A DNA stretch of 64,000 nucleotides from Candidatus Binatia bacterium (GCA_038245295.1 JBBRSP010000002.1:256001-320000), one strand, 5' to 3'. Positions 8,218 to 21,069 are shown, counted from the stretch's first letter. Notes: a model not told the origin generated them from the sequence alone. Numbers and translations: made by a program.

Positions 8218-11200
8218 GCTGGCGTGACGCATTACGCCTACCGGTGGGAGAAGCCGCCAAACAGGGCGCCGCGAAGTTGCGCGAGCAGCTGCAGCGCGAA
8301 ATCACGTTGGGCGCTTTGTTCAAACAAGCCGAAGTAACACAGTCGCGCAGCCGACCAGGCGAAACGCCGCCGGCAACAGCCAACAAGGCGGGTGTCGAGG
8401 CTACACCACGAACCGCCGTAACGGCAGAACCGACCGTCCCGGCTCCATCGACACAACTGTCGGCACCGTCAAATTCGGCACCGACGGCTTCGATGACCAG
8501 CGAATTCGGCAGCGGCAATGCCGCGGTTGCGGTTGCCCACCGAATTGACCCCGATACGTCCACCGACGACGGACGGCACAGCTTCAGAGCCGGTGACTGT
8601 ATCGCAGAGCTCTATGAAATCACCCGTATCGCCGGCCGTACGCCGCACTTCACGACCTACCTCGCCCAGCATCGGGAGTGGAACCGTCCGGTCGCCATCA
8701 AGATCCCGACCTTGGAATTCCTGAGTCAGCCCAACGAGCGGGACCGCTTCATCGCCGCAGCGGCGCGCTGGACCGCGTGTGGCCAGCATCCAAACCTCGT
8801 CTATTGTTATGATGTTCACTTTGTCGACGACCTGCCGCTCTTGGTCGTTGAAGGAGCCGAAGGTGGCTCGCTGCGTCAGACGTTGGCCAGCCGCTCGCCT
8901 GGTCTGCGCACGGGCCTCGCCGTTGCGTTGCAGGTCTGTCACGCCCTGGAACACCTCCACAGCCGCAACTGCTGGTACGGCACGCTGACGCCGGAGAACA
9001 TCTTGTTTGCCGGCGACGGAATCGTGCGTGTCACCGACGTTGGTGTTTCACACTGGCTCGATCATGCCGGTGAGCCATACGTCGCTCCGGAACAATGGGT
9101 CGATAGCTCGGCCGCCGGGCCGGAAACCGACATCTTCTCGCTCGGCGTCTGTCTCTATGAGATCTTCTGCGGTGGCCGACCCTATGAGATGGCACGCGGG
9201 CCGCGGCGCAATCCTCCGGAACCACGCGCCGCCAACGGCGATGCTCTGCCGCCCCTGCTGACCCAATTGCTACGCCGTTGTGTCGATTGGGACCAAACGC
9301 GTCGGCCAACCACCGTCATGGAGATTCGTATTGCTCTGGCGCGCGTCCACGAGGAAGCGCTCGGAACCAGCAGCGTCCTGGCACGCCTCGACATCTCCGA
9401 TTGCGACTCCGACGGTTGGAACAATCAGGGCATGGTGGCGTTGCTGCACGGGCGCCACGATGAAGCAGAAGTGGCTTGGGAGAACGCGCTTGCCGCGGAT
9501 GCGCAGCATCTGGAATCACTGTTCAATCTTGGCGTGACGCGATGGCGCCGCGGCGCGCTCACCGACGAAGCCCTGGTCGGGCAATTGACGCGTATCCGCA
9601 ACGCCAATCCGACGGCCTCGCAACCCGCTCATTTGCTCGGCCTCGTTCATCTGGAACGTGGCGACGCGTCTTCGGCGTTACCCCTTCTCGAGCATGCCGC
9701 CGCGCTCGCTCCTGCCCCGGCAACGGACGAAGCCCTGGCGCTGGCGCGGCGGTTGACGAGTAGCGGCTCTGGTCGGATCTCGCGCGAGTGTAACGGACAC
9801 CTGCAATTCGTCTCGGCAGTTGCGGTGAGCCCAGACGGTAGCTGGATCCTGTCGGCGGGCGACGACAACGCCATTTGCTTGTGGGAAGCGAACACGGGAC
9901 GTCTGCTGCGTCGCATCGATGGGCACACGCGGCGGATCTCTAGCATCGCCATGACGCACGATTCGCGCCTCGCCTTGTCGGGAAGCGACGACTTTACGTT
10001 GCGCTTGTGGGATGTCCGCCAGGGTCGTTGCACACGAACCATCGAGTTGGCCGGTAAGGTCTTCGGCGTCAGCCTAAGTGCGGACGGTCGTTGGGCGGCG
10101 TCTACCAGCTCCGGCACTGACAACTTCCTCGGTGTCGACGGCACGCTGGTCGAGCTCTGGGATCTCGAAAAGGGCAGACTGTTGCGCCGCTTCGAAGGCC
10201 ACACAAACGCCGTGAAGTCCGTCGCCCTCACCCCGGATGGCAAACGTGTTGCCACGGCAGGCGACGATCGATCCGTGCGCGTATGGGATGGCGTTACAGG
10301 GAAATCGCTGCGCGTGTTCCGGGGCCACGAGCACTACGTGACCTCGGTGGCCATCAGTGGCGACGGCTCCCGCGTTCTGTCCGGGAGCTGGGATCGCACG
10401 ATTCGACTTTGGGATGTGCACAGCGGTGAGTGTGTCCGCGAGTTCCCTGGGCATACAGGGATCGTGACGTCTGTCGCCATGAATGGCGATGCCAGCCTCT
10501 TGGCCTCCGGCAGTTGGGACGGAGCAGTGCGCATTTGGGATGCCGAGAGTGGACGCTGCGTCCGCACCTTCGAAGGGCATACCAGCATGGTCACGGGTGT
10601 TGCCTTGAGCTCGGATGGCCGAGTCGCAGGGTCGGGCAGCTGGGATTGTATGGTGCGTGTCTGGGACGTTCCCGGTTCGCGCCCCGCCGTGTGTACGTTG
10701 CAACTGTCGCGTCGTGCCAACGGGTCCTCTGTCGCCGGCAACGAGCCCGATGCGGAGGAGCTACTTGCGGATGCTGAACAGGCGTTGCGTGGGCAGCATA
10801 TCCACGAAGCCTTGCGCTACTACCGTCGGGCTCGCGAGCTGCTCGGAAACAGTCGTCCCGAGAAGGCGCGGGCTCTCGGGAAAGCGCTGGCTCAGCGGAC
10901 CACCAGAGTTGCTGTGGGTAGCACTTGGCCGCTGGCCGAGTGGACGGCGCCCGATCGCGTCGCGGCGCTGGCGGCGGCGTTTGATGCCCGTCATCTACTT
11001 AGTGTTGGACGCGATGCGCGGTTGCGCCTCTGGGATACGGAGCAGGGCCGCTGCGTCCGCGCCATGGAAGGACACGCGGACCGAATTCTGGATCTGAAGG
11101 TCGCACGCCGCGCCGCTCTCGCCGCGTCGTCCAGTGCGGATGGTAGCGTGCGTGTTTGGGATCTCGCCTCGGGCGCCTGCGCGCGCTTGCTCAGCGGCCA

Positions 11201-11822
11201 CACCTCAGCGGTAACCGTCCTGGCAATCGGCGACGACGACCGGCGCCTGGTTTCCGGAAGTTACGATCATACGTTGATGATCTGGGACCTCATGTCAGGC
11301 GCCCATAAGAAGACCCTCGAGGGGCACCGTCGTCAGGTTACGGCTTTGGCGATGGATGAGGCTGGCGGACTTATCGCTTCCGGCGCGTTCGATGGCGAGA
11401 TTCGCATCTGGGATGGCGAAACGGGGGCGACGCTAGCGACCTGGGAAGCCCATCAGTCGGCGGTAACAGCATTGGCATTGAGCTCTGATGGACGCACGCT
11501 CTTGTCAGGCGGAGCCGATGGTACCGTGCGGCTGTGGAAGGTTGGCAGCGGCGAACCCTTGCGCGAATACAACGGCGTCGGCGAGTGCGTCACGGTTCTT
11601 CAATTCATCGCTGGTGGCCGCTGGATCGTCGTCGGCGCCGCCGACGGATGCGTGCGCCTCTGGGATGTGCGCGGCGAACAGGATGAGGTGGTCTTGCACC
11701 GTAGCGATGCGGCGATCACCGCGGTCTCGTTCACACGTGACGAGATCGGCATGTTCGTCGCCGACGGCAACAACCGCATCAGTTCCGTGGAGCTCGAATG
11801 GGAGCTCGAACCGACGAAGTAG
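8214..11822 (+). CDS. Ser/Thr kinase-like domain + TPR + two WD40 propeller blocks
   Basis: VAIK, HPNLV, YVAPEQ, DIFSLG; TPR-like WNNQG..; many GH...SGS.D..VR.WD repeats; ATGA overlap with upstream gene. Confidence 0.9.
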   Translation: MSWRDALRLPVGEAAKQGAAKLREQLQREITLGALFKQAEVTQSRSRPGETPPATANKAGVEATPRTAVTAEPTVPAPSTQLSAPSNSAPTASMTSEFGSGNAAVAVAHRIDPDTSTDDGRHSFRAGDCIAELYEITRIAGRTPHFTTYLAQHREWNRPVAIKIPTLEFLSQPNERDRFIAAAARWTACGQHPNLVYCYDVHFVDDLPLLVVEGAEGGSLRQTLASRSPGLRTGLAVALQVCHALEHLHSRNCWYGTLTPENILFAGDGIVRVTDVGVSHWLDHAGEPYVAPEQWVDSSAAGPETDIFSLGVCLYEIFCGGRPYEMARGPRRNPPEPRAANGDALPPLLTQLLRRCVDWDQTRRPTTVMEIRIALARVHEEALGTSSVLARLDISDCDSDGWNNQGMVALLHGRHDEAEVAWENALAADAQHLESLFNLGVTRWRRGALTDEALVGQLTRIRNANPTASQPAHLLGLVHLERGDASSALPLLEHAAALAPAPATDEALALARRLTSSGSGRISRECNGHLQFVSAVAVSPDGSWILSAGDDNAICLWEANTGRLLRRIDGHTRRISSIAMTHDSRLALSGSDDFTLRLWDVRQGRCTRTIELAGKVFGVSLSADGRWAASTSSGTDNFLGVDGTLVELWDLEKGRLLRRFEGHTNAVKSVALTPDGKRVATAGDDRSVRVWDGVTGKSLRVFRGHEHYVTSVAISGDGSRVLSGSWDRTIRLWDVHSGECVREFPGHTGIVTSVAMNGDASLLASGSWDGAVRIWDAESGRCVRTFEGHTSMVTGVALSSDGRVAGSGSWDCMVRVWDVPGSRPAVCTLQLSRRANGSSVAGNEPDAEELLADAEQALRGQHIHEALRYYRRARELLGNSRPEKARALGKALAQRTTRVAVGSTWPLAEWTAPDRVAALAAAFDARHLLSVGRDARLRLWDTEQGRCVRAMEGHADRILDLKVARRAALAASSSADGSVRVWDLASGACARLLSGHTSAVTVLAIGDDDRRLVSGSYDHTLMIWDLMSGAHKKTLEGHRRQVTALAMDEAGGLIASGAFDGEIRIWDGETGATLATWEAHQSAVTALALSSDGRTLLSGGADGTVRLWKVGSGEPLREYNGVGECVTVLQFIAGGRWIVVGAADGCVRLWDVRGEQDEVVLHRSDAAITAVSFTRDEIGMFVADGNNRISSVELEWELEPTK

Positions 11823-11900
11823 GTTGGTTGCCGCCCTCGATATGCCAGTGACATCCGTCACCCCCTTGGCGAACTACCCCGAGACAAGTAAGAGACTTCT

Positions 11901-12239
11901 ATGACTACGCATCGGTACAAGGTCCGTTGGATCATTGCCGCCGGCACGCTTGCGCTCGCCCTAACGAGCGCTAGCCACGCGACGCCGGCCAAACCCGCGG
12001 CGCCCGACGCCGTTCAGCTCGCACAAGCGAACCAGCGCGACCCACGCCCCCTCGAGCCGCGCTACGAGCCGGTACCGCCACAGCCGAGGAGCTCGTACAA
12101 TGACGAGTACATCTTCGCCGCCACCAAGGGTGTTGCGCACTCGACGATGATTCCGGCGGCGAAGGTTTCCCTCTATCCCCTTACCGTCATCCTCGACATC
12201 GTCATTCTGCCGTTTGCCGTGATCGGAGGGTTCTTCTGA
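11901..12239 (+). CDS. Small exported/membrane hypothetical protein
   Basis: Signal peptide (ASHA) and hydrophobic C-terminus; stop abuts the next start. Confidence 0.7.
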   Translation: MTTHRYKVRWIIAAGTLALALTSASHATPAKPAAPDAVQLAQANQRDPRPLEPRYEPVPPQPRSSYNDEYIFAATKGVAHSTMIPAAKVSLYPLTVILDIVILPFAVIGGFF

Positions 12240-12901
12240 TGATGCGGACGATTCGGACGATGCGACGATACTCCCCCACTTCCGGGACGCGCCGCTTGCG
12301 GGCGATGGTTGCCGTGGGCTTGGCCGCGGTGCTGACACTCGAAGCCGGTTGTGCGGCACGCGCGTCGCGTGGCGGCGAGGGCACGGATAATCCCGATCTC
12401 GACCGGCCGGCGCTCAGTGTCACTCTCGATCGTGATGACATCACCTATCTGGTCGCCGACTATTTGAAGCGCCTGGAGCCCTCACCATTTTGGCAAGAGG
12501 CCGTGATCGGGGCGCCGAAGCCACCGATCGTCGCCATCTGGCCGATTCAGAACTCGACAACCCAGCACCTCGACGACCAGATGCTGACGTTGCTGTCTTC
12601 GATCGAAACCTCGCTGGTCAACACCGGCCGCGTACGCGTCGTCGACCGCGCCAGCCAGGAAGCCCTGGCGCGCGAGGTCGGCGTCCAGCAAGGCTCGGCG
12701 TATGACCCGAGTGCGGCGCAGCGCATGGGCAAACGCCTGGGGGCGCAATACTTCTTTACCGGCAAGATCACGTCGGTTGACGAGCGCCTCAACAACACGC
12801 GCCGGGTTCAATACTCGCTCTTCCTGCAGGTCATCGAGATCGAGACCGGCTTGATTCGCTTCCAGAACGAAGTGACTCGATCGAAGTCGCTGGAAGGTTA
12901 G
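12239..12901 (+). CDS. LpoB/CsgG-like lipoprotein (penicillin-binding protein activator LpoB family)
   Basis: Lipobox EAGC; I.NSTTQHLD, LVNTGRVRVVDR, GKRLGAQYFFTGKI, IETGLI. Confidence 0.75.
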   Translation: MMRTIRTMRRYSPTSGTRRLRAMVAVGLAAVLTLEAGCAARASRGGEGTDNPDLDRPALSVTLDRDDITYLVADYLKRLEPSPFWQEAVIGAPKPPIVAIWPIQNSTTQHLDDQMLTLLSSIETSLVNTGRVRVVDRASQEALAREVGVQQGSAYDPSAAQRMGKRLGAQYFFTGKITSVDERLNNTRRVQYSLFLQVIEIETGLIRFQNEVTRSKSLEG

Positions 12902-12965
12902 TTCGCGAGTTCTTCCGAGAAGCCTCGTCGCGCCGGCGGCGCGACGAGGCGGAGCACTGATCAAG

Positions 12966-14336
12966 ATGTGTTCGTCGAACGCCCCTGTGCGTTGCCGCTT
13001 GCGTGCCGCAGCTCGCCGTGGGGCAGTGGCGTTGCTCGTCGCCATCGCTTTCACGGCCTCGGGATGCGCCACATATGTCGACCATCTGCAGCGCGCCAGC
13101 AATGCCGCGTCTGGGGGCGATTACAATCAGGCTCTATCTGAGGTGAACACCGTCCTCGGCGTCAAGAGCAGCGACGAGCTACCGACCCGGTGGAGTGGTG
13201 ATCAACCGCTGACCGTGCTGGAGCGCGCTTCGCTGCAACAAGCGGTTGCCCGTTTCGGCCCTGCCTCACGCGACATGTCGGGCGCCGAGGCCCGACTCGA
13301 GTTGCTCGACCTCAAAACCGATCCGGTCGGCACCCTCGGCAGCTATCTCTTCAGCGATAGCGTCAAAACCTACAAGACGCCGCCGACGGAACGCCTGGCC
13401 CTGAACGCTATCAACATGCTCAACTTCCTGGCCCAGGGAGATCTTGATGGTGCCGCCGTCGAAGCCCGACGCTTTCAGGTGATGCGTGATTACCTGGCGT
13501 CGGTCGATGTGAAAGCTGACGGACCGGCAACCCTCGGGACCTACCTCGCCGGATTCATTTTCGAGCGTCGCGGCGAGGGAGATCGCGCGTTGCGGTACTA
13601 CGAGGAGGCGCTGAGTGGCGGAGCGCTGGAGTCCCTCGATGCCCCTATCTCGCGGTTGGCCCGCAAGAATCCCTATCGCGGGCCAAAACTGTCTGAGGTT
13701 CTGAAGCGCAGCCCCGCCGCCAAAGCGACCGAATCACCGCGCGAGCTGTTGGTGGTTGTGAGTGCCGGCCGTGTGCCGCACCGCGAGCCGCGGCGCGTTC
13801 CAGTCGGCCTTGCAGTGGGCATCGCGGGAACTTTTCTCAGCGGCAATGAAGACTTCCTGAAGTACGGTGCCTCGAAGGTCGTGGTGTATCCCGATCTCGA
13901 ATCGACGCCGAGCGTACTTGGCCCGCCAGCCGTCCAGATCGACGGGCAATCAATCCGCGTCGAGGATCTGACCAACCTGGGAAACGCGATCCGCAGGGAG
14001 TTCGACGACATGCGCCCAAAGATCGTAGCGGCGGCGCTGACACGCATGGCGGCACGTGCCGCCATGGCCGAGGGCGTGCGCGCCGGCGCTAGCAAGCAGG
14101 GAGATGCTGCCAGCGCGATTCTCAGCATCCTGTTCGAGACCACGCTAGTGGCCCTGGATCGACCTGACACCCGTTCGTGGATCATGCTGCCCGATCGTGT
14201 GCTCGTCGCCCGTGTGCCGGTGGCGCCGGGCACACACAGCGTCGACGTGGACTTCGGTGGTCGCGCCCAGCGCCAGGTATCGGTCGATGTCGGCGACAGC
14301 GGCTATGCGGCTGTCGTTATTACCGAGCCGCGCTGA
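12966..14336 (+). CDS. COG3014-like TPR lipoprotein
   Basis: Lipobox ASGC; Y....E, A.VEARR, PDTRSW..LP motifs typical of the family found next to lpoB. Confidence 0.7.
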   Translation: MCSSNAPVRCRLRAAARRGAVALLVAIAFTASGCATYVDHLQRASNAASGGDYNQALSEVNTVLGVKSSDELPTRWSGDQPLTVLERASLQQAVARFGPASRDMSGAEARLELLDLKTDPVGTLGSYLFSDSVKTYKTPPTERLALNAINMLNFLAQGDLDGAAVEARRFQVMRDYLASVDVKADGPATLGTYLAGFIFERRGEGDRALRYYEEALSGGALESLDAPISRLARKNPYRGPKLSEVLKRSPAAKATESPRELLVVVSAGRVPHREPRRVPVGLAVGIAGTFLSGNEDFLKYGASKVVVYPDLESTPSVLGPPAVQIDGQSIRVEDLTNLGNAIRREFDDMRPKIVAAALTRMAARAAMAEGVRAGASKQGDAASAILSILFETTLVALDRPDTRSWIMLPDRVLVARVPVAPGTHSVDVDFGGRAQRQVSVDVGDSGYAAVVITEPR

Positions 14337-14388
14337 ACACGCATCCAGGTTCGGTTGGCCGGAACCAAATCGGAGCAGGGCCGATCTG

Positions 14389-14413
14389 GTACGGGCGGTT
14401 CGGGAACCGCCAC
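14389..14413. repeat. Degenerate GTAG-type REP palindrome
   Basis: gtacgggcggttc-gg-gaaccgcc; resembles the copy at 19343. Confidence 0.55.
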
Positions 14414-14446
14414 GTCGAACCGCAGGGTCACATTAAGACATCAAAG

Positions 14447-15898
14447 TCAGATCGAGCCCAGGAAGGCGAGGAGATCGGCTTGCTGAGCGCTCGTGAGCCC
14501 TCCGAAGCCGCGTGCTGCGTGGCCACCTTGGCCGTCGTGCAGCGTGATCGCCTCGGTGACCGTGGCGGCGCGACCATCATGTAGGAAACGCGAGCGGCCG
14601 CGCAGGCCCCACAGTGGTGCCGTGCGCATCTGCTTCGGTCCAGCTTCGTCGGATGTGATGCCATCTCCCAGAGAGCCCATGTCGTGCAGCAGGAAGTCGG
14701 AGAACGGATGGAACGTCTGTTTGGCGAGCACGCTGTTCATCGTTGCGCTCAACGCAATGCCTCCGGTGGTTGGTGGAATGAACGCCGCGGGATTTACCGC
14801 GGTGGTCAGCGTTTCGGTGTGGCAGCCGCCGCAGCCGAGCGAGCCGAAGAGTTGATGTCCGGCTTGGGCGCTGGCACTCAGCGCGATCGGCGGCGGCGCC
14901 TCGGTGGCGCGCATGAAGTCGGCGAACCTATCGATGTCGGCCCGTCCGTCGTCTTCGGTTTCATCCTCAGGCTCATCCGCCAGGTCGAGGATTACACCGA
15001 AGCGTGTCTTGTTGAGCGCGCACGTGCTGCGCTCCTCGGGCTGATCGGGACTGGTGACTCCCATCTCGTTCAAGTAGGCGTCGGCCGCAAAGGCGCGCAG
15101 CGTCGCGTGATCATTCTTCCAGCCGAAGCGACCAGCGCGCCGCGCTCCGAGCTCGTCGACGATCTTGACCTCGCCGCGGATCGGCGGCGGCTGACTGGCG
15201 GCGAGGTCGCGCAGTGTCTGATCGGCAACCGCTTCGACGAGACCGAGGCCGAAGAGCGGCGTTGACTGGCGTTCAGCGACGCAGTTTTCACCGGCCTGGA
15301 AAGCCGGGCTGGTTGGATCACAGATCGGCAAACGCGGCTTGAATGTCGTCCGGCGCATTTCCTCGCGCTGGCAAGCCGACTTGGCGCAACGCTCCGAGGT
15401 GATCTGGCAACCGATCGGGGTTGCCTCGACGCCGTTCGGAAAGATGGTGAAGCGCCCCTGTGACTGCGGCCCGAGCCGCAGCAGGTTATCGCTGGCGAAC
15501 AAGTGCAACGGACCGCCCGCGGTGTTGTTGCGGACACGCATCTCGTTGATGAACGCGCCTGAACCGCCGAGCGCCGGTTGAAAATGGCACGAACCACACG
15601 ATCGACTGTTGAAGATCGGTCCGATCTTCGGCAACTCCTCGACCTGCAGAAATTCCGCCTGCCCATCGGCTAAGCGCTGCAGGTCATCGACGTTTGCTGG
15701 CTGGAGCAAAGCGGCGAAGGGTTGTCCGAACCCAGAAATGATCGGCACCATAGGCATCGGTGGCATCCCTTGCGCGGAGACGCCCGAGGTCATTCCGGCG
15801 GCGATCAGCAAGAACGCCAGGGCCATCATTGCAGCAAAGAGCGCAACTGCAGACTTGTTGTTGCGACAATGTTTCTCGGCGCGTGTGAACAGTGCCAT
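14447..15898 (-). CDS. Di-haem oxidoreductase family (DHOR-like) exported c-type cytochrome
   Basis: Two CxxCH motifs (CGSCH, CGGCH); GPIFN, PLFGLGL, GRFGWK, SDFLLHDMG, RTAPLWG, LHDGRA; start reset to MALFTR. Confidence 0.85.
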   Translation of the reverse strand: MALFTRAEKHCRNNKSAVALFAAMMALAFLLIAAGMTSGVSAQGMPPMPMVPIISGFGQPFAALLQPANVDDLQRLADGQAEFLQVEELPKIGPIFNSRSCGSCHFQPALGGSGAFINEMRVRNNTAGGPLHLFASDNLLRLGPQSQGRFTIFPNGVEATPIGCQITSERCAKSACQREEMRRTTFKPRLPICDPTSPAFQAGENCVAERQSTPLFGLGLVEAVADQTLRDLAASQPPPIRGEVKIVDELGARRAGRFGWKNDHATLRAFAADAYLNEMGVTSPDQPEERSTCALNKTRFGVILDLADEPEDETEDDGRADIDRFADFMRATEAPPPIALSASAQAGHQLFGSLGCGGCHTETLTTAVNPAAFIPPTTGGIALSATMNSVLAKQTFHPFSDFLLHDMGSLGDGITSDEAGPKQMRTAPLWGLRGRSRFLHDGRAATVTEAITLHDGQGGHAARGFGGLTSAQQADLLAFLGSI

Positions 15899-15996
15899 GG
15901 CTGGTCCCCTCTCGGTTTTTCTTGTTCGTATCGCGATGGCTGTTGAGCAAGGACGATACCAGCGCCGGGCCGCGGCGCGGCGAAGCGCGACGCGCG

Positions 15997-16045
15997 GGGG
16001 GGCAGGGTGCGGGGTGCGGGGTTCAGCAGTTGGGTTGCGGATTCC
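15997..16045. repeat. GGGTGCG/GGGTGCA heptamer tandem repeat, copy 1
   Basis: agggtgcggggtgcggggttcag...; related to 28237-28292. Confidence 0.5.
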
Positions 16046-16108
16046 CGCGTTGTCCCTCCGCAAGCTGAAGCTTGCGCCTACCAGGCTGGGCAGCAGTAGG
16101 CGAAGGCT

Positions 16109-17051
16109 TCAGTCTGCGCGGACGGACTCGTCCGCCGTGAGGGACAGAACGCCGGCCGGGAGGTGTGTGCGTATGAAGGCCGAGAGCGCCTCGACCGATG
16201 CTTGATCCGGCAGGCTGCGCCGCCAGACAAGACCGATGCGGCGGTTCGGCGCGGGCTTGCTGAACGGGCGCGCCACGACATCCTTGCCATGCGCCAGGCT
16301 TGGCACCGCCAAGGCCGGTAGAAGCGTGCAACCCATCCCGGCCGCAACCAGGTAGCGAATCGTCTCGAGGCTCGTGGCGCGCAGGTCGTCATCGTCCGAC
16401 CCGCGGCCCTGGCCGCAAATCTCGAGTGCCTGGCCACGCAAGCAGTGGCCTTCGGAGAGCAGTAGGACGCGTTGGTCGTCCAGGTCTCTGGTGCGGATCT
16501 GGCGGTGCGTCGCGAGACGACTGCTTGCCGGCGCTAGAACGAAGAACGGTTCGTCGAAAAGTGGCTTCGAGACCAGTGCTGGTGCAGCCACCGGTAAGGC
16601 CAGCAGCGCCGCGTCGAGGCGGTGTGAGCTCAACTCGTCGAGCAACGTTGCCGTGAAACCTTCCCGTGGCAGCAAACGCAGCTTGGTAAACTTCTTCGGC
16701 AAGGCGCGCAGTAGCCACGGCAGAATGTACGGGCCCAAGGTGGGAATCGTGCCCAGTCGGAAGGTTCCCTGCAGCGGCGCGCGATCGCCATTCGCCAACT
16801 CGCCGATCCCCCGCATTTCTTCGAGGATGACGCGGGCGCGTTCGACGACGCGGTTGCCGAGAAGCGTCAGCTCGGTCCGCTTGCTGCCGCGCTCGAACAG
16901 CGGCGCACCCAACTGCTCCTCGAGCTTCTTGATCTGCGTGCTCAACGTCGGCTGGCTGACGTGGCAGGCCGCGGCGGCGCGCCCGAAGTGACCGTTGTCG
17001 GCGACGGCGACGACGTAACGCAACTCGGTGAAGGTGATGGCGGAGATGTCC

Positions 17052-17053
<2 letters not shown>
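16109..17053 (-). CDS. oxyR: Hydrogen-peroxide-inducible LysR regulator OxyR
   Basis: HFGRAAAACHVSQPTLSTQIKKLE HTH; LLSEGHCLRGQALEIC with both redox Cys; RATSLETIR; divergent from katG. Confidence 0.93.
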
Positions 17054-19339
<2,286 letters not shown>

Positions 19340-19342
19340 GGC

Positions 19343-19376
19343 AACGTAGGGGCGGTTCCCGAACCGCCCCTACGTT
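19343..19376. repeat. GTAG-type REP palindrome directly after katG
   Basis: aacgtaggggcggttc-cc-gaaccgcccctacgtt, perfect 16-bp stem. Confidence 0.8.
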
Positions 19377-19443
19377 CGTATGATTCGCATCGTTCCCCTC
19401 GGGCGCGTTCCCAGATAAACCGCCGGTCGAGGAGCAGAAGCCC

Positions 19444-19986
19444 ATGAGCGGTGTAGTGACGGCGGTCAGTTGCAGTGCGACGCACTCGATGCGCAAGCCG
19501 AACCAGGACAAGATCACGCTGATCCCTGGACTCGGCGTCGAGGGCGACGCCCATGCGGGCAAGACAGTGAAGCATCGCTCGCGGGTGGCGCAAAACCCAA
19601 ATCAGCTGAACCTGCGCCAGGTCCACCTGATCCATGCCGAGCTACACGACGAGCTACGTGCCGCCGGCTTTGTGCTCGATGCCGGACAGATCGGCGAGAA
19701 CATCACCACCCGTGGGGTTGACCTGCTTGGCGTGCCGACTGGGGCGCGGTTGCATGTCGGCGACTCGGCGGTCGTCGAGGTGACCGGCCTACGCAATCCA
19801 TGCGTTCAGCTCGACGCGATCCAACCCGGCCTGATGGCCGCGACCCTGGGGCGCGACGAGCAGGGCAACCTCATCCGCAAGGCCGGGGTTGTCGGTATTG
19901 TCATCGCTGGCGGTGACGTGCGTCCGGGGGATTCGATTCGCGTCGAGCTGCCGCCGTTGCCGCATCGGGCTCTGCTTCCTGTCTGA
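19444..19986 (+). CDS. MOSC domain protein
   Basis: GVEGDAH, RQVHLI, GENITTRG, TGLRNPC, GDVRPGD. Confidence 0.9.
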   Translation: MSGVVTAVSCSATHSMRKPNQDKITLIPGLGVEGDAHAGKTVKHRSRVAQNPNQLNLRQVHLIHAELHDELRAAGFVLDAGQIGENITTRGVDLLGVPTGARLHVGDSAVVEVTGLRNPCVQLDAIQPGLMAATLGRDEQGNLIRKAGVVGIVIAGGDVRPGDSIRVELPPLPHRALLPV

Positions 19987-19992
19987 CGTCCA

Positions 19993-20062
19993 GCGCAGGC
20001 TAAAGCCTGGCTAAAGCCTGCGGCTACCAGCGGGACTGGTAGGCGCAGGTCTTTAGCCTGCG
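19993..20062. repeat. Inverted pair of GTAG-type REPs (GTAG..GCAGG.CTTTAGCCTGCG) with an internal tandem duplication
   Basis: gcgcaggctaaagcctggctaaagcctgcggctacc ... ggtaggcgcaggtctttagcctgcg. Confidence 0.7.
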
Positions 20063-20122
20063 GCGTCCATCTGGCTCCATCCGCGGATCCGTGGTTTGAA
20101 GAAGCGCTGAGCGGAGGGTCCA

Positions 20123-20977
20123 ATGCAGAAATGGCGTGTTGGCGACGTGACGATCACCAAGGTCGTCGAGATCGAGATGACCGGCGGGACGCGCTTCATC
20201 CTCCCCGATGCGACGCGCGAAGCCTGCGCCCCCATTGAGTGGTTGAAGCCGCACTTCATGGACGATGAGGGCCGCTTGAGGATGAGCGTGCACGCTCTCG
20301 TCATCGAAACGCCGAGCCGCCGCATTGTGGTCGACACGTGTCTAGGAAACGACAAGCAGGGCCGCAGCGTGCCGAATTGGAATCAGCTGCAGGGCTCCTT
20401 TCTACGAGATCTCGAAGCCGCCGGGTTTGCGCCCGAATCGATCGACACGGTGCTGTGTACGCATTTGCATGTCGACCATGTCGGCTGGAACACGCGGCTG
20501 GTCGGCGACGCCTGGGTGCCGACCTTCACCAAAGCTCGCTATCTCATCGGCCGTGCGGAGTTCGAATACTGGCGCGACCAGGACGCTTCGGCGGAGCAGG
20601 TCGCTGTCTTCGCTGACTCGGTGCGCCCGGTGTTCGATGCCGGTCTGGTCGACCTGGTCGCCACCGACCACCGCGTGTGCGACGACGTGAGCTTCGTCCC
20701 GTCGCTCGGGCACACTCCCGGACACGTCTGCATCCGCATCGCCTCCAAGGGTGAGGAAGCGCTGATCAGCGGCGACTTCGTGCATCACCCCTGCCAGATG
20801 GCGCATCCGGAATGGGCTGCCGCCGTTGATTACGATCAGCAGCATTCGACCCGAACACGTAATGAGATCTTCGCCGCTCTCGCCGGCACCCCGACTCTGC
20901 TGATCGGCACCCACTTCGCGGGTGTCACGGCCGGCCGCGTCGTGCGCGACGGCGATTCCTATCGCTTGTCGATCTGA
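20123..20977 (+). CDS. MBL-fold metallo-hydrolase
   Basis: THLHVDHVGWN, GHTPGH, SGD..HHP, GTHF. Confidence 0.9.
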   Translation: MQKWRVGDVTITKVVEIEMTGGTRFILPDATREACAPIEWLKPHFMDDEGRLRMSVHALVIETPSRRIVVDTCLGNDKQGRSVPNWNQLQGSFLRDLEAAGFAPESIDTVLCTHLHVDHVGWNTRLVGDAWVPTFTKARYLIGRAEFEYWRDQDASAEQVAVFADSVRPVFDAGLVDLVATDHRVCDDVSFVPSLGHTPGHVCIRIASKGEEALISGDFVHHPCQMAHPEWAAAVDYDQQHSTRTRNEIFAALAGTPTLLIGTHFAGVTAGRVVRDGDSYRLSI

Positions 20978-21069
20978 TGTCGTAGGACTTGCCGAGGAGG
21001 AACGTGATGACCGCCGCGATCACCCCACGCCGCGTGGCACGACGCCCGCAACCCAACCCAGGTCTTATG

